A DNA stretch of 63,871 bases, the filler included, from Pelomyxa schiedti (lineage: Eukaryota; Protista; Evosea), in assembly GCA_020536535.1 (NCBI GenBank). It is 7 parts of 7 records of this genome, joined end to end, with 100 filler letters (N's around TTAATTAATTAA, not from the genome) between each part and the next. Parts side by side here need not be neighbours in the genome. Positions count along the whole stretch, not along the records: positions 1 to 21,862 come from JAHLWZ010000443.1; 6 more parts are not named here. One strand, written 5' to 3'. Numbering within the stretch: position 1 is the first letter of the stretch; the number at the start of each line of letters is the position of its first letter. Made by a program: the position numbers and the translations under genes. Under the pieces are notes generated by a model. It ran no database searches. It was not told where the DNA came from and saw only the letters and a program-made list of their open reading frames with translations. Shown here piece by piece: positions 1 to 11,469 of this stretch.

Positions 1-1
1 G

Positions 2-118
2 CGACAGGGATACCACGACAACTATGACACATGCAGCCTCATCGACCCCGATTACCACGCGGCAATAGCCAGAACCGTAACAGCCGCTGCTCTGTCACTT
101 GCCTCTCAGCCTCTGTGA
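2..118 (+). CDS. 3' end of an M28 peptidase paralog (gene begins before the window)
   Basis: Bases 1-118 are identical to 3948-4065 and encode RQGYHDNYDTCSLIDPDYHAAIARTVTAAALSLASQPL*. Confidence 0.85.
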   Translation, partial: RQGYHDNYDTCSLIDPDYHAAIARTVTAAALSLASQPL

Positions 119-195
119 ATGTTTGTTGGTGTGTTGCCTCAGTTTCACAACGCAATTGATTCCTTGTTGTCGCTGTTCATGTGGCTGAATAAAAT

Positions 196-226
196 AATCA
201 ACAGACCGGAACGCTGTCGTTTTCGT
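196..226. repeat. Dispersed conserved non-coding element, copy A
   Basis: AATCAACAGACCGGAACGCTGTCGTTTTCGT; homologous to 4219-4255 and 61938-61974. Confidence 0.75.
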
Positions 227-520
227 GTCATCGCCAGTCTCGGCGGAAAGAGCACTCTTTTTGGCATCAACGGGGCAGGACCTGTGCCCTGTGAAGGGAA
301 AATTCTGAAATGTCTGGACCACAGCTGGACCAGACACGTTCTACTGTTTCGTGGTCTTTCCAGCCTCTGACCAAAGACCCAAAAAATTAAAAGTGAGTCC
401 CAAACGTCCATTAGTTCTTTTTTTTTGTGAAGTGACACTACTGGTTTTTTGACCCAAGTGCTTGGTTTTGCCAAACAAGCACCATCATGTACTTCCACCC
501 TTGGCCTCCAGATTTGTCCT

Positions 521-1408
521 CTAAGAAGAGAAATCAACATTGATGGGGAGGATGGCATTCCAGCCAGGAAACCTCACAGTGAGGAGTTTCATCATTGATG
601 TGGAATCAAAAATGGTGAAGCAAGAAGCAGAAGGATCAGTGTGAAACAGTAACCCTGATGCACCTATCACAGAGGGTACCCGTGAAGGGTCAGTGTTCAC
701 AATGGTTACTTCCTTGGAGGGAATAGTGGGATGTTTCCCCAACTTTGACCCAAGAAAAGTTCCCGCTGAGGTACTCACAGTCAGATAGTTGATGGAAGTG
801 TGGTCCAGGCAGCTTCTTTGCCTCACCAGTGGTTTCCTCAACCTGGAGAAACGGAACTGCACCAGCCACTTGGAGTTTGCTGCCTCGCGCCAAACACTGA
901 ACCCCTTCGGTGCCTCCCCGATCACCACAATGCCCCCCCTGCGCCCATCGACGCTCGCCTCCGTGCCCCTGTCCCGTGGGGGCCTCGCTGCGTCGCAGAG
1001 GCACAGCTGCATCTCGTTCGTTTGGCCCCCCCGGAGGTGGCCCACGTACCAGGAGCCGTCGACCCACGGCTGCTGCTGCTGCTGCTGCGCCGCCGTGCCC
1101 GACGCCCCGCAGAACCTCTGCTCCGCGCAGCCGACGACGCTCAGCAGGAGCCGAGACACCTTGAGGAGCACCAGCACGGCGCGGGACGTGGGGTGGCGCC
1201 CGCGCCACGCCTGCGCGCTCACGACGGCCGAGGTGGCCGTGGACGCCGCGAGGTCCCACACCAGCCGCGCCACAACGTGCACCGACGACCCCAGCGTCGT
1301 CGCGGCGTGGGCAGCAGCGCGCGGCGAGGAGGCGCAGGCGAGCGCGACAATTTGGTCACGGGCCACCAACGTGGGTGTGCAGACGAAAAGGCGGTTGGCC
1401 TGGGCCAT
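521..1408 (-). CDS. Intronless member of the expanded ARxQF/LWD family (divergent)
   Basis: 295-aa ORF. N-terminus VARDQIVALACASSPR...VARLVWD matches the family module; GC-rich 5' half. Confidence 0.75.
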   Translation of the reverse strand: MAQANRLFVCTPTLVARDQIVALACASSPRAAAHAATTLGSSVHVVARLVWDLAASTATSAVVSAQAWRGRHPTSRAVLVLLKVSRLLLSVVGCAEQRFCGASGTAAQQQQQQPWVDGSWYVGHLRGGQTNEMQLCLCDAARPPRDRGTEASVDGRRGGIVVIGEAPKGFSVWREAANSKWLVQFRFSRLRKPLVRQRSCLDHTSINYLTVSTSAGTFLGSKLGKHPTIPSKEVTIVNTDPSRVPSVIGASGLLFHTDPSASCFTIFDSTSMMKLLTVRFPGWNAILPINVDFSS

Positions 1409-1452
1409 GTTATTGTTGTGTGAGGAGTGATTCCCTGGGAATCTTGGTTGCT

Positions 1453-4065
1453 ATGGATGCCTTCTATGCAATGGTACAGGTTCAAAGTGAGCCAAAGCAG
1501 ATTCACATCGCCGGTGATGAGGCCAATTTCAGCGGATCGCCGTTGTTAGGAGAACCCGGTTGATAAACGGAAAGCTAGAATCACGATCTGATTTGTTCTT
1601 TAAGGTATTCCCCAAAACACCAAAAGCAAAGTACAGCGATGCGCACATTGTGGCTAGTTGCCGCGCTTGTGGTGGTGGTGGTGTTGGTGATGTTGCCAAT
1701 GACACATTGTGGGTGTGTGACCAGGTCGGATGTGCCAAGTGCGTTTGTTAGTTAGAGGCACACTTACTTGTTAACTCAATTAGTAAACTTACTCTTGTTT
1801 GAAAGTTCCACTCAGTTCATTCGTTGGAGTTCCAGCCCTCCCCCCTCCTGGGATGTACTATGCCTTCTCTGAGCAAAGGACACCACTGTACCTGTGCACG
1901 TCAATGTGGGAGCTGGCAAGTGGAATTGATGTTGTGGACAGCGTCAGCGCAACTGATGGTCCCGGTTGTGCAAGTGGCTCACTTGACTTGCCTGACTTCT
2001 TGAAGTCTCTTGGCGACCAGCAGTTCAACACCTTGTGGGGTTATATCACCTCCGCCAGCGGCTCTGTTGCCGAAGGAGGTTCTTTCCCTTTTCCTACGCC
2101 TATGACTGTTCAGCCAAGTAACAGATGACGGATCAAGTTCTTCGCAGCCCAGCGAATGCATTGATGTGGAATCCTGGCCGGTGGAAGATGATTGGGGAAT
2201 GCTGACCTGGGCTTTGGTGAGGTGGAGAAAAAGTGGTGATTTGAACAGCCCACCTGATTGGGATGACACTGCCGCCGGAAGCTTCAACTGGGCATTGTAC
2301 CCTTCTGTGTATGATCTTTCTCAGATATTCTTTCCTGATGTTTATTTCCCTTCTGACCCGTATGACTACACATGCATTTTCGATGGTGAGTGTTCTTTTC
2401 TCTGTTGTTGAAGCATTGGTTTGGTAATTGTTAATGCCAGGACCTCCGGAAGAATATTTTTGGTTTTACAAACCTCTCTTCGGAGACTGTCTGTGGGTGG
2501 ATAATTCCACTTTCACACCTATTGCCGGGTGGCTTCCGCTCTCTGAGTCTGTGCAATTCTCTCAAAGTCCGGATCTGTTTTCCCAAGCTTGTATGTACAT
2601 TCCTCAGCCATCCAGACTCCGTGGGGAAAGCACGACATTCTTGCTGCGTGTTTGTGACGGGATAGTTCAATGGCCAGAAGAATGGAATTGGGTAGACACT
2701 GACCAGGATCCAATAACTACTTCTGCAAGAAATGAGCAGTTTGATATAAATTTCCCCACGAATTTCAGCGAAGAGCTGCAACAGTTCACTCGACAACACT
2801 CAGGGGAGCAAGGAGTGGATATCGATGGCGCTTCTGTGTTCCTCACTCCGCGGGAGTGTGCCAACTCAGTGAGCGAGTCGAAACTTCCTGATGTTGTTCA
2901 GTNNNNNNNNNNNNNNNNNNNNNNNNNNNNNNNNNNNNNNNNNNNNNNNNNNNNNNNNNNNNNNNNNNNNNNNNNNNNNNNNNNNNNNNNNNNNNNNNNN
3001 NNCAGTTCACTCGACAACACTCAGGGGAGCAAGGAGTGGATATCGATGGCGCTTCTGTGTTCCTCACTCCGCGGGAGTGTGCCAACTCAGTGAGCGAGTC
3101 GAAACTTCCTGATGTTGTTCAGTTCCTCGCGGAATATTATTCGGAACTTGGAATACACACCTGGAGCCAAAGTATTCCGTGGGAGGATAAATCATTCACG
3201 AATTTAATCGGTGTAATTCCTGGCCAATCAGCGGATGCGGCAAAATACCCAGTTGTTATCACTGACCATTATGATGCGGCCTGGTGCGAAAACATCTATG
3301 GTGAGAACGGAACACTGATCGCAACTGACGGCGCAGATGACAACGCTTCAGCCAGTGCCGCGTTGATGATGCTGGCAAAAGTACTGTCAGCAGGAATCAA
3401 ATTCGAAAGAGATATCTGGATTTCCCACCTTGTGGGAGAAGTGTGTGCATACTTGTTTTTACGGCCTCTCCAATCTCATTTGCGAAAAATAGGAGTTCCC
3501 TGCAGATTGCTTGGGAATCAGGTCTCTCGTTTCCTTGATGCTGCAAAAAAAACAAGATGCAACAGCGATCATTGTTTTGGATATGATTGGATACAACAGT
3601 GACGACACCTTCCAGGTATCATTATCCTATTCTTGGTTAAATGGAAAACTAAATGGGGGAAAAAAAAAGGTAAACCCGGGTGATTCTGAGAAGTCCCTGG
3701 CAATTGCCGACGCAATACAGGATGCGGCGGCTCGAGAAGCTTCGAGCCTGACTCTTCTTGTGCAAAAGCGGTGGTATTCCACCAGCTACTTGTATAATAC
3801 TGATGGGATTGCCGCTTCATTGGCCGGATACCCGGTATTTGCTTTATTTTTGTCATCGCAATAGTCCTCACAAGTCCGGTACACACACCACCACCACCAT
3901 CAGGTTGCGCTCGTGAACGAGCACATCAATTATGAGTATGACTTCTGGCGACAGGGATACCACGACAACTATGACACATGCAGCCTCATCGACCCCGATT
4001 ACCACGCGGCAATAGCCAGAACCGTAACAGCCGCTGCTCTGTCACTTGCCTCTCAGCCTCTGTGA
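1453..4065 (+). CDS. M28-family Zn aminopeptidase-like protein, multi-exon, spans an assembly gap
   Basis: Motifs DHYD, GADDNAS, HLVGE|EFPADCLG, LDMIG and YHDNYDT are joined by GT-AG introns. The start codon is uncertain. Confidence 0.85.
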
Positions 4066-4218
4066 ATGAATGTTGGTGTGTTGCCTCAGTTTCACAAAAC
4101 CAACAATTATGCCTCCTTATCGGCACCCCAAAAGGCCATCAACCCTGTTGGTCATCAAAAATACATTCACGTAACCAAACTTTGTTTGTTTGAATTCCAC
4201 TATGTGGCGGAATAAAAT

Positions 4219-4255
4219 AATCAACGGACCGGAACGCTGTCATTTTCGTTATCGT
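4219..4255. repeat. Dispersed conserved non-coding element, copy B
   Basis: 34 of 37 bases identical to 61938-61974. Confidence 0.75.
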
Positions 4256-4313
4256 CGCTCAGGATCGGCGGTCTGGTGTTTTTTTTATTCAGCCATGTTA
4301 TGGGTGGTAGTAC

Positions 4314-6673
4314 TCACGATTGTCCTTGAAGGTGGTTCGTGAGTTGGTGTGGTGGACGGCCGCGTGCGCTTTCAGCAAGCTTGTACCACCTCACGGCCTC
4401 CCTGATGTCCCTGCACACTTGCCCTGGTGTCCCTTTGTCATACAGCATGCCCAGCTTCCGGTATGCAAGCTGGCAGCCGAGGGAAGCTGACTGGTGGAAA
4501 AGCCTCAGTGCTTCCTTCTTGTTTTTTGGAACTCGATGGCCTTGGAAGTGGAGCTGCGCCAGCTTCAAGGGAGCCATTCCAATGCCGTTATCTGTTGCAT
4601 TCTTCAGGCATTGTATCCCCTTGTTCATGTCAATGAGCCCAGGAGGTGCTGTTTTAGAATATCTAGCGGCCCCCACGTAGATCAACCCCATGTGAAGCTC
4701 ACTCTCTTTCATTCCCTGTGACAGAGATTTCTGGAAGAAGTGCAACGCTTTTGTGTAGTTGATCTCTGTTCCACACTCACGGAAGTAGTATGAAGAGGCC
4801 ATGGCGTAGTTGTACAGAGGTGCTTCTGATGGGTTATCAAGCATGGAGAACTTCTGAATTGCCTGCTGCACGTTTTCGGTAAAGCCACATTTGCCCCAGA
4901 GAAAGAATTCACCAAGTATCTGGAATGACTCTTGGAGTCCCTGTTCTGCTGATAGATTGAGAAGTCTGGTGATTGTGCGCTTCTCAGTTTCATCAGGATT
5001 TCCCTTTCTGGCCTTAAACAGCTCAATTGCGTATCTCATTTGGCTACGAGGGCGGCCATAGGATGCACTTTTGCACCACTGCTCGAGAGCGCTTTTTACA
5101 CCTTTCTTCATTCCACACCACCCATAATATGAGAATTCACCAGCCAGCTCCAGTGAACGTGCCTTCGTTTCTCCTCCTATTCGGCACCAGAAGTCCTGTA
5201 GCAGTGCGATTCCTCTACCTACTAGAATGCGATATTGATCTGAGCTTTCACACTGCATCATGTAGTGCCACGCAAGGTTGTACTGTGCAGTACGGTAACC
5301 TCCCTTGCAGGAAAGCTGCAGAAGGGTTGCGTCCTGAAGCTTCTTTCCCATGTGATTCGGGGACTTGGGTCACCACCCTTGGACGAAATGCTCATAAACT
5401 CTGCGCTCCTTTCTTTGTTGGTGAATGGAAATTTGCCGTATTTCTCAGAGCAGGCAATAGCCAGCAGGAATGAAGACAGGTTCGAAACCTTGGTGTTGAT
5501 GTCCTTGCAGCCACGCTCCAGAACCTTGATCATCCACTGTTGTGTTTCCAATTGGTATTTCCTGGCTCTGACAAGGAGCTGCTTTCCAAGGTCATAGTCT
5601 CTGGGGGACATGCCAGGGACATTCAGCAATAGGATGTTATCATGGTGATAAAGGCACTGCAACATCAAACAGGAAAAGGCACCAGCCTCTTGCTCGTGGT
5701 ATGCAAGCAATGAAGTACATTTCACAGCAGCAGCATAAAGGTCAAGTTCAGAAAGACTGTGAATTGCTTCAAGTGCCCCCTGGCATGTAATTTCAGCAGT
5801 GGGATCATCCTTCCGTGTCACCACCAGAGCTTTTTGTGTTGGATTGTTGGTCAGACCAGCCTCTCGCAGGAGGGATGACATTATTTTTTTGAACAAGGTG
5901 ATAGTCCATTTAAATCCTTCACTGCTCACTGATGCAGAAGTACCCGCAGAACTACGAGAATTAGTGTTACCCGCAGAACTACGAGAATTAGAATTACCAA
6001 AAATAAAATTTGGCATGGGCTCATGAAAATTAGTAGAATAATTAATATTATATTCTCTGTAACTATTTTCAACGTGTATAATAGATATGTTCCTGTTTTC
6101 AGTGAGTGAACTTCCAAATGCGGCCCTGACCTGCGCCTCAGCCATTTTTACGAAGTCGGCAACGCACGCTTGAACAACTTGTGAGGCTGGTATCATTACA
6201 CCCCCAACGCAAACAAACAACGACCCATCAGGTGGCACCACCAGCCCATCCCGTTCCCCGTCCCCATCACAACAAGACAGCACTTTGAAATAAGGTGCAA
6301 CTGCTGCTGCTTGTGACGTCACCACGGTGCCGGGTAACGAGGAAGCCGAACCAACGTTGTATGTTTGCGGACGGGACTGGGACTGGGACTGGGACTGGGA
6401 CTGGGACTGGGACTGGGACTGGGCACCCGCAAGTGCGGGGGCGCTGGGCCCTTGCGGTGCAAGTGGCGCCCGGTCTTCTTGTACAAGATTCGACGACTGG
6501 GTGGTGGTTGATACTGACGTTTGTCGAGCTGGTCCCGCTGTTGTAATTGTTTGTTGTTGCAGGAGGGGAGGAGCGGGCGACGATGATGATGAGTAGCTTG
6601 TGGGTCGGTGACGTTTTTGTGCGGGCCCATCCGCTGTGTCCCGGTCCTCGTCGTGGTTTGGTTGTACCGACAT
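4314..6673 (-). CDS. SEL1-like repeat protein with a low-complexity N-terminus
   Basis: ORF 4314-5351 has SEL1 repeats (AQYNLAWHY, SELHMGLIY, APLKLAQLHFQG, AYRKLGMLYDKG, EAVRWYKLA). ORF 5258-6742 runs into it in another frame; joining them needs an intron or indel near 5290-5370. Confidence 0.75.
6373..6420. repeat. (GGGACT)8 coding microsatellite (SQ repeat on the minus strand)
   Basis: Direct reading of the sequence. Confidence 0.95.
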
Positions 6674-6899
6674 CTCTTGGTTTTCGCGTCGATGTTCCTT
6701 CCTAGAAGAACCGGGTCTCCAATAGACTCCACGCCACTTCACCTCAAGAGACCGGATCTATTGTTCTATCACAGCCGCAGTGAGGTCGCCGCCTCCAATC
6801 CGCTGATACCGACCTCAATCATTCGATTAACAGGAAAGAGAAAAAGACGAATATTATTATTTGCGATACCTTGTCGTTCCTTGTCATGACAAAACGGTG

Positions 6900-8448
6900 T
6901 CACACCGCAAATAACACAACCACTAATACAAGGTCAGTGAGGAGCGTTCCCACAGTTGAGAATTGGCTCGGTGACCCTGAGATCGACTCTGAGTCACCAG
7001 AGCCAGACACCCTCTGCGTGGATTCTGACTCGGATCCATCGGCCACACTGCTGGTTCTTGTTGTAGCCTCTGAGCTTGTATCGACGATGGATTCACCAGA
7101 ATCTGATGCATCCAACACGCTGTTGGAGTGGGAGGCAGAGCTCGAGGTGGAACTGGAACTGGAGCTGGAGCTTGTGTTATAGATAGTACCGGAGAAGCTC
7201 TTGAATGAGTGGTATGGGTAGTCGGCCCAGCACCCGTAGTAGTATGATTCAATGCCCTCGCCCTCAGGCTGGACAGTGCAGTGCTCACAGGCGCTGTCTG
7301 TGCAAAGCCACGGTACCATCACTCCTTTCTCGTTCCATTCATAGTATCCCCATAGGTTGTTGTTAATTAGTATGCAGTCCGCGTTTGTAAAATATGTTAT
7401 ATCCCATGGAAGCCCTTCACAGTTTGCATTTGGCCATTGGGCCGTCCATGCCGGTCTATGAAAGAAATGTAAGTGACTAAGAAATTTCAAAGCGGAACTC
7501 ACTCCTTTTCAAACCAGGAATCAAGTTTGCTTTCAAACTCAGCAACTGTAATCCAGTAGTGACCGTGGTTCAGTTCCCTACACTGCAGATCCATCGGAAT
7601 AATAACATCCGGTGCGTAGTAATATCCATACACCGAGATCACATCACCGGTACAAGTGTCATCAGTGAAGCTGGCATCCACGGCAACGTAGGTAAAGTCA
7701 CAATCCCCCTCATCGTAGTTACATTCCTCAATATTACACAACCAATCACAGCGTTCATCACCAACCCAGGATTTGAGACACTTGTATGGGCCACAGTATG
7801 TATCATCTATAAAAATACTTTTAGTCAACAAGAAGAAAACAATCAGAGTACCACAGTCAGTTCCATCCCAATCGCAAAGGTCATTGTAACAGTCATTATC
7901 ACAAACCCCATCACCTACTTGTGTATTCAAGCATTCAAAGTTGCAATATCCCTGAAGGGAGTAATTACAGTCACCATCATCCCATTCACAATTGTCATTG
8001 TAACAGTCCTCATCGCATCTCGCATCACCAATTTCGTCCTCCCAGCAACCCAATGAACAGGACTCTAAATGTTCAAATAAAATGAAGCAACTGGTAAGAA
8101 GGAAGCAGTACCAACACAAGCAAGAAGGTCATAGTCACATCCCGCATTGTTACAGTCCCAGTTACAGTCTTCGTCCCCCACAGTAATAGGGTCACATTCT
8201 GGTGCACAGTTGAGGTATACTAAAAACATAATGACTAAGTAAATGTGAAATATAAGGAGGATACTACTCACAGCAGTAACCATTGTCCCACAGGCACTCA
8301 GCACTGGCACATTCCAGGTCACAGTCACGGTTCTCTAGCTCATCTTCAACACAGTTCCAACTACCGCAGTCTGACAAATCACAGTCACCACCATCATATT
8401 CGCAGGCCTCAGTCATACACCATGGGTCACAGTCTCCATCACCAATAA
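6900..8448 (-). CDS. LNR (Lin12/Notch) repeat surface protein with Ser-rich stalk and hydrophobic C-terminus; 5' end lies in the gap
   Basis: At least six C-x3-C..GD..CD..C....C.WD.GDC repeats; intron 7456-7502 (GTGAGT...TAG); terminal LLTDLVLVVVLFAV*. Confidence 0.8.
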
Positions 8449-8667
8449 NNNNNNNNNNNNNNNNNNNNNNNNNNNNNNNNNNNNNNNNNNNNNNNNNNNN
8501 NNNNNNNNNNNNNNNNNNNNNNNNNNNNNNNNNNNNNNNNNNNNNNNNGGCACAAGTGAGAAAATCGATCTCAAAGAAAAGGAAAATAAGAAAAACGACG
8601 ATCGGGCGGCGGTGTTGGGGTTGCAACAGCGGAGAGAACACACAAGCGACAAAACACGACACGCAAG

Positions 8668-11293
8668 ATGACGGACCAACCTGCCCCAGCAACAAACCAC
8701 AGTGCGTCTTTTCTGTGGCGGTTTTTCCCTCTTTTTTTTTTCCCCTTCTAAAGTTCTCTACCAAACCATTGGCGGTTTGGTTGGTTTATAGCCAAATCTA
8801 AGTCATTCTCTTTCTCGTTCTGGCGACGTTCTGCGGACCCACTGCCAACAGGAACACCTGCCACGATTTCCACAACACCACGTACGCAGTCTTCCTCACC
8901 CACATCGCTTCCGGTTTCATTGTCGACGTCGGCCTCTTCTTCCTTGGCCACTGTAACACCTGAAAAAAACGACGGCACCTATGATGCATCCAGTGTCATC
9001 GATCTAACTCTGGATGCCCCTGCCCCTACTCCTAAAACCACCACAATACCTACGGTAGATGAGGAGGAACCTACACCACCTCCTCCTTTGTCTTCGTTTC
9101 TGCCGTTCACACCTCCTCCACTTCCGTTGTCATTACAAGTACCTGATACGGCCGCGCCGGCTCCTCCATTGTCTATTCCTATTTCCATGCCAGCACCTCC
9201 TCCAGTCCTGACCGTCACTACCGTAGATAGTTCAGCGAATCCTTCCGTACCTCGACCGACCACACCACCAGCCACAGGACTTTATCCAGCGTGTGCCCCA
9301 CAAAGTGTTACAGGTTAAATTCGAACACCATAAGCTCAAAATTTTAATCCCAAACAGGTCCTCGAAGGGACAGCAGAGGTTCCATGATTGAAGTATGCAT
9401 TTCAAACTTCAAACTAGTCATGAGTTTAATTTTTTTAGGATGCTATAATACCAGAGTCCTCCTACGACCTGATGCTAATTAGAAGAGACGCAAAAGTTCT
9501 TGTAAAAGCGGCTACGTTAGAAAAACTAATGGACCGGCTCACATATGATAAAGCTCCTGGTGTGAAGGAACATATTTCTCTTCTGGCTCATATATCACCC
9601 ACAGACACAGAGCTCACAACTGCTTTTTTGATGACATATCGATCAATAACCACACCCCAAGATGTAATGAGGAAATTGATCCAGAGGTGAGTTCTTGCTG
9701 TTGTTCAAACCTAAATTGGTTTCTAGGTTCAATCTGGAACCTGGTCCAGGAGAGATTTGGACTGAAGAATTCGAAACTAAATTAAAGATTATAAAATTAA
9801 GGTTTGTGAACCCCTTCTTGAAACTTTCTGAGTATCTTCAGAGTGTTCAATGTCATGAAGCACTGGGTTGAAAAGCACTGGCACAACGACTTTGAAAATC
9901 CAGATGGTTCCCAGACTGATGAGCAAAGAGAACTCTGCAGGTTAAAACTAGCCTTACAGGCAGTGTAAAGTTAATCAAATTCAACTTCATAGGAGCCTCG
10001 AGGACTTTGTAGATACATCACTGACTGATGAACTACCTCAATTGGCTACAACAATCAACCGGCTCATACTGCGAGATGTACACCCCTGCGCTCTTTCTCA
10101 GCCTCTAACCTCTGATCAGCATAAAAACATTGTTGGAACTTTCTCAAATCCCCCTCCTCCGACAATAGCACCGAAGACTGTAAACTTTGATGACTTCGAT
10201 CTTGTAGAGGTGGCACGCCAAATTTCTCTGATTGAATGGGGAATTTTCAAAAAAATAGGTACATGAAAATTTAACCCTACCCTTTTACTCACATATTCAG
10301 AGGGAAAGGAATGCTTGAACCAAATCTGGGATAAAGTTGAAGGAGGCAGCCCAAACATTCAAGCCATGATTCAAAGGTTGAGTTTATTCCTCCTACTTTT
10401 TAAGTAAATTGTGTAGATTTAATCAAACTTCAAACTGGGTTGCCTCAAAAATTGTTTTGTGCAACAATCTCAAACAGCGAGCTGCCTACCTAAATAAGTT
10501 CATAAAACTGGCTCAGGTTTGTTTGTCCGATCACACACAACCTTTTACATAACATAGCGATGTTTTGAAGTGAACAACTTTAATGCTACGATGGCACTTA
10601 TAGCTGGGTTGCAAAACTCTGCTGTATTCCGTTTGAAAAAGACTTGGGAGGTAAACCAATTGTCCACATTTGTCTAGCTAAGGCTTTGTAGAAAGCTCTG
10701 CAAAAAGAAGCTGACCGGGCTCTTTGGGAGCAAATGATAGGGAATCTAAGTTCCAAACAAAGCTACAAGGGTTACAGAGCCCTTCTTCACAGTGTATCAC
10801 CTCCCTGTGTACCGTATCTGGGTAACTCTCCAATCACCCAATCCTTATGTTAACAACAACACTATTATTTTTCCCGTCATAGGCGTCTATCTTACCGGTG
10901 TGCATTCCCTTTAACTTGGCAATCAGGGTTTTCTAACTGTGCACAGACCTCACCTTTATTCAAGACGGAAATCCCGATTGGATTACAGTAGATGTCCCCT
11001 CAACACAAACCACATCACCAAGCACCTCCGGCAACACCTCACCACCCCCAACAACCACCGCAACAGCCACAGCCACAGCCACAGCCACAGCAACAACAAT
11101 CAAGCTCATCAATTTTGAAAAACGGCGCAAGGCAGCGGCAGTCATAGCGGAGATAGCCCAATACCAGCAAATAGGCTACAACTATTCGGTTGAGGAAACC
11201 ATACGCTCGCACCTTCTCACCTGTGCCACAAACCTCGTCAGTGACAACCTCCTGTACAAATATTCCCTACAATGTGAACCAAGAGACGAATAA
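8668..11293 (+). CDS. Ras guanine nucleotide exchange factor (Pro-rich N-terminus, REM and CDC25 domains)
   Basis: AATLEKLMDRL, FLMTYRSI, VARQISLIE, NNFNATMALIAGL, PPCVPYLG, DLTFIQDGNPD and INFEKRR across about 12 exons. The 5' exons are inferred. Confidence 0.92.
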
Positions 11294-11469
11294 CAAGCCA
11301 CAATGGAAGTAGTAACACGTACCATCATTCCCCACCAACCAAAAGCAAAAAACATGTAAAGGTAAAAACAAACTAATAAACGTGTCATTCATTCAGTGTT
11401 GGTGGCCGAGGTGCTATTTTTTCTTTGTTCCCGACAGACAAATCCCGGAATGAGTGTGCCAGTAGTAGA

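Noticed and set aside
789-1430. Plus-strand 213-aa and 207-aa ORFs
   Set aside because: Shadow ORFs of the GC-rich minus-strand family gene.
2783-3122. 120-bp direct repeat around the N gap (same pattern at 17505-17842)
   Set aside because: Identical contig ends flanking a 100-N gap: unmerged overlap, an assembly artifact.
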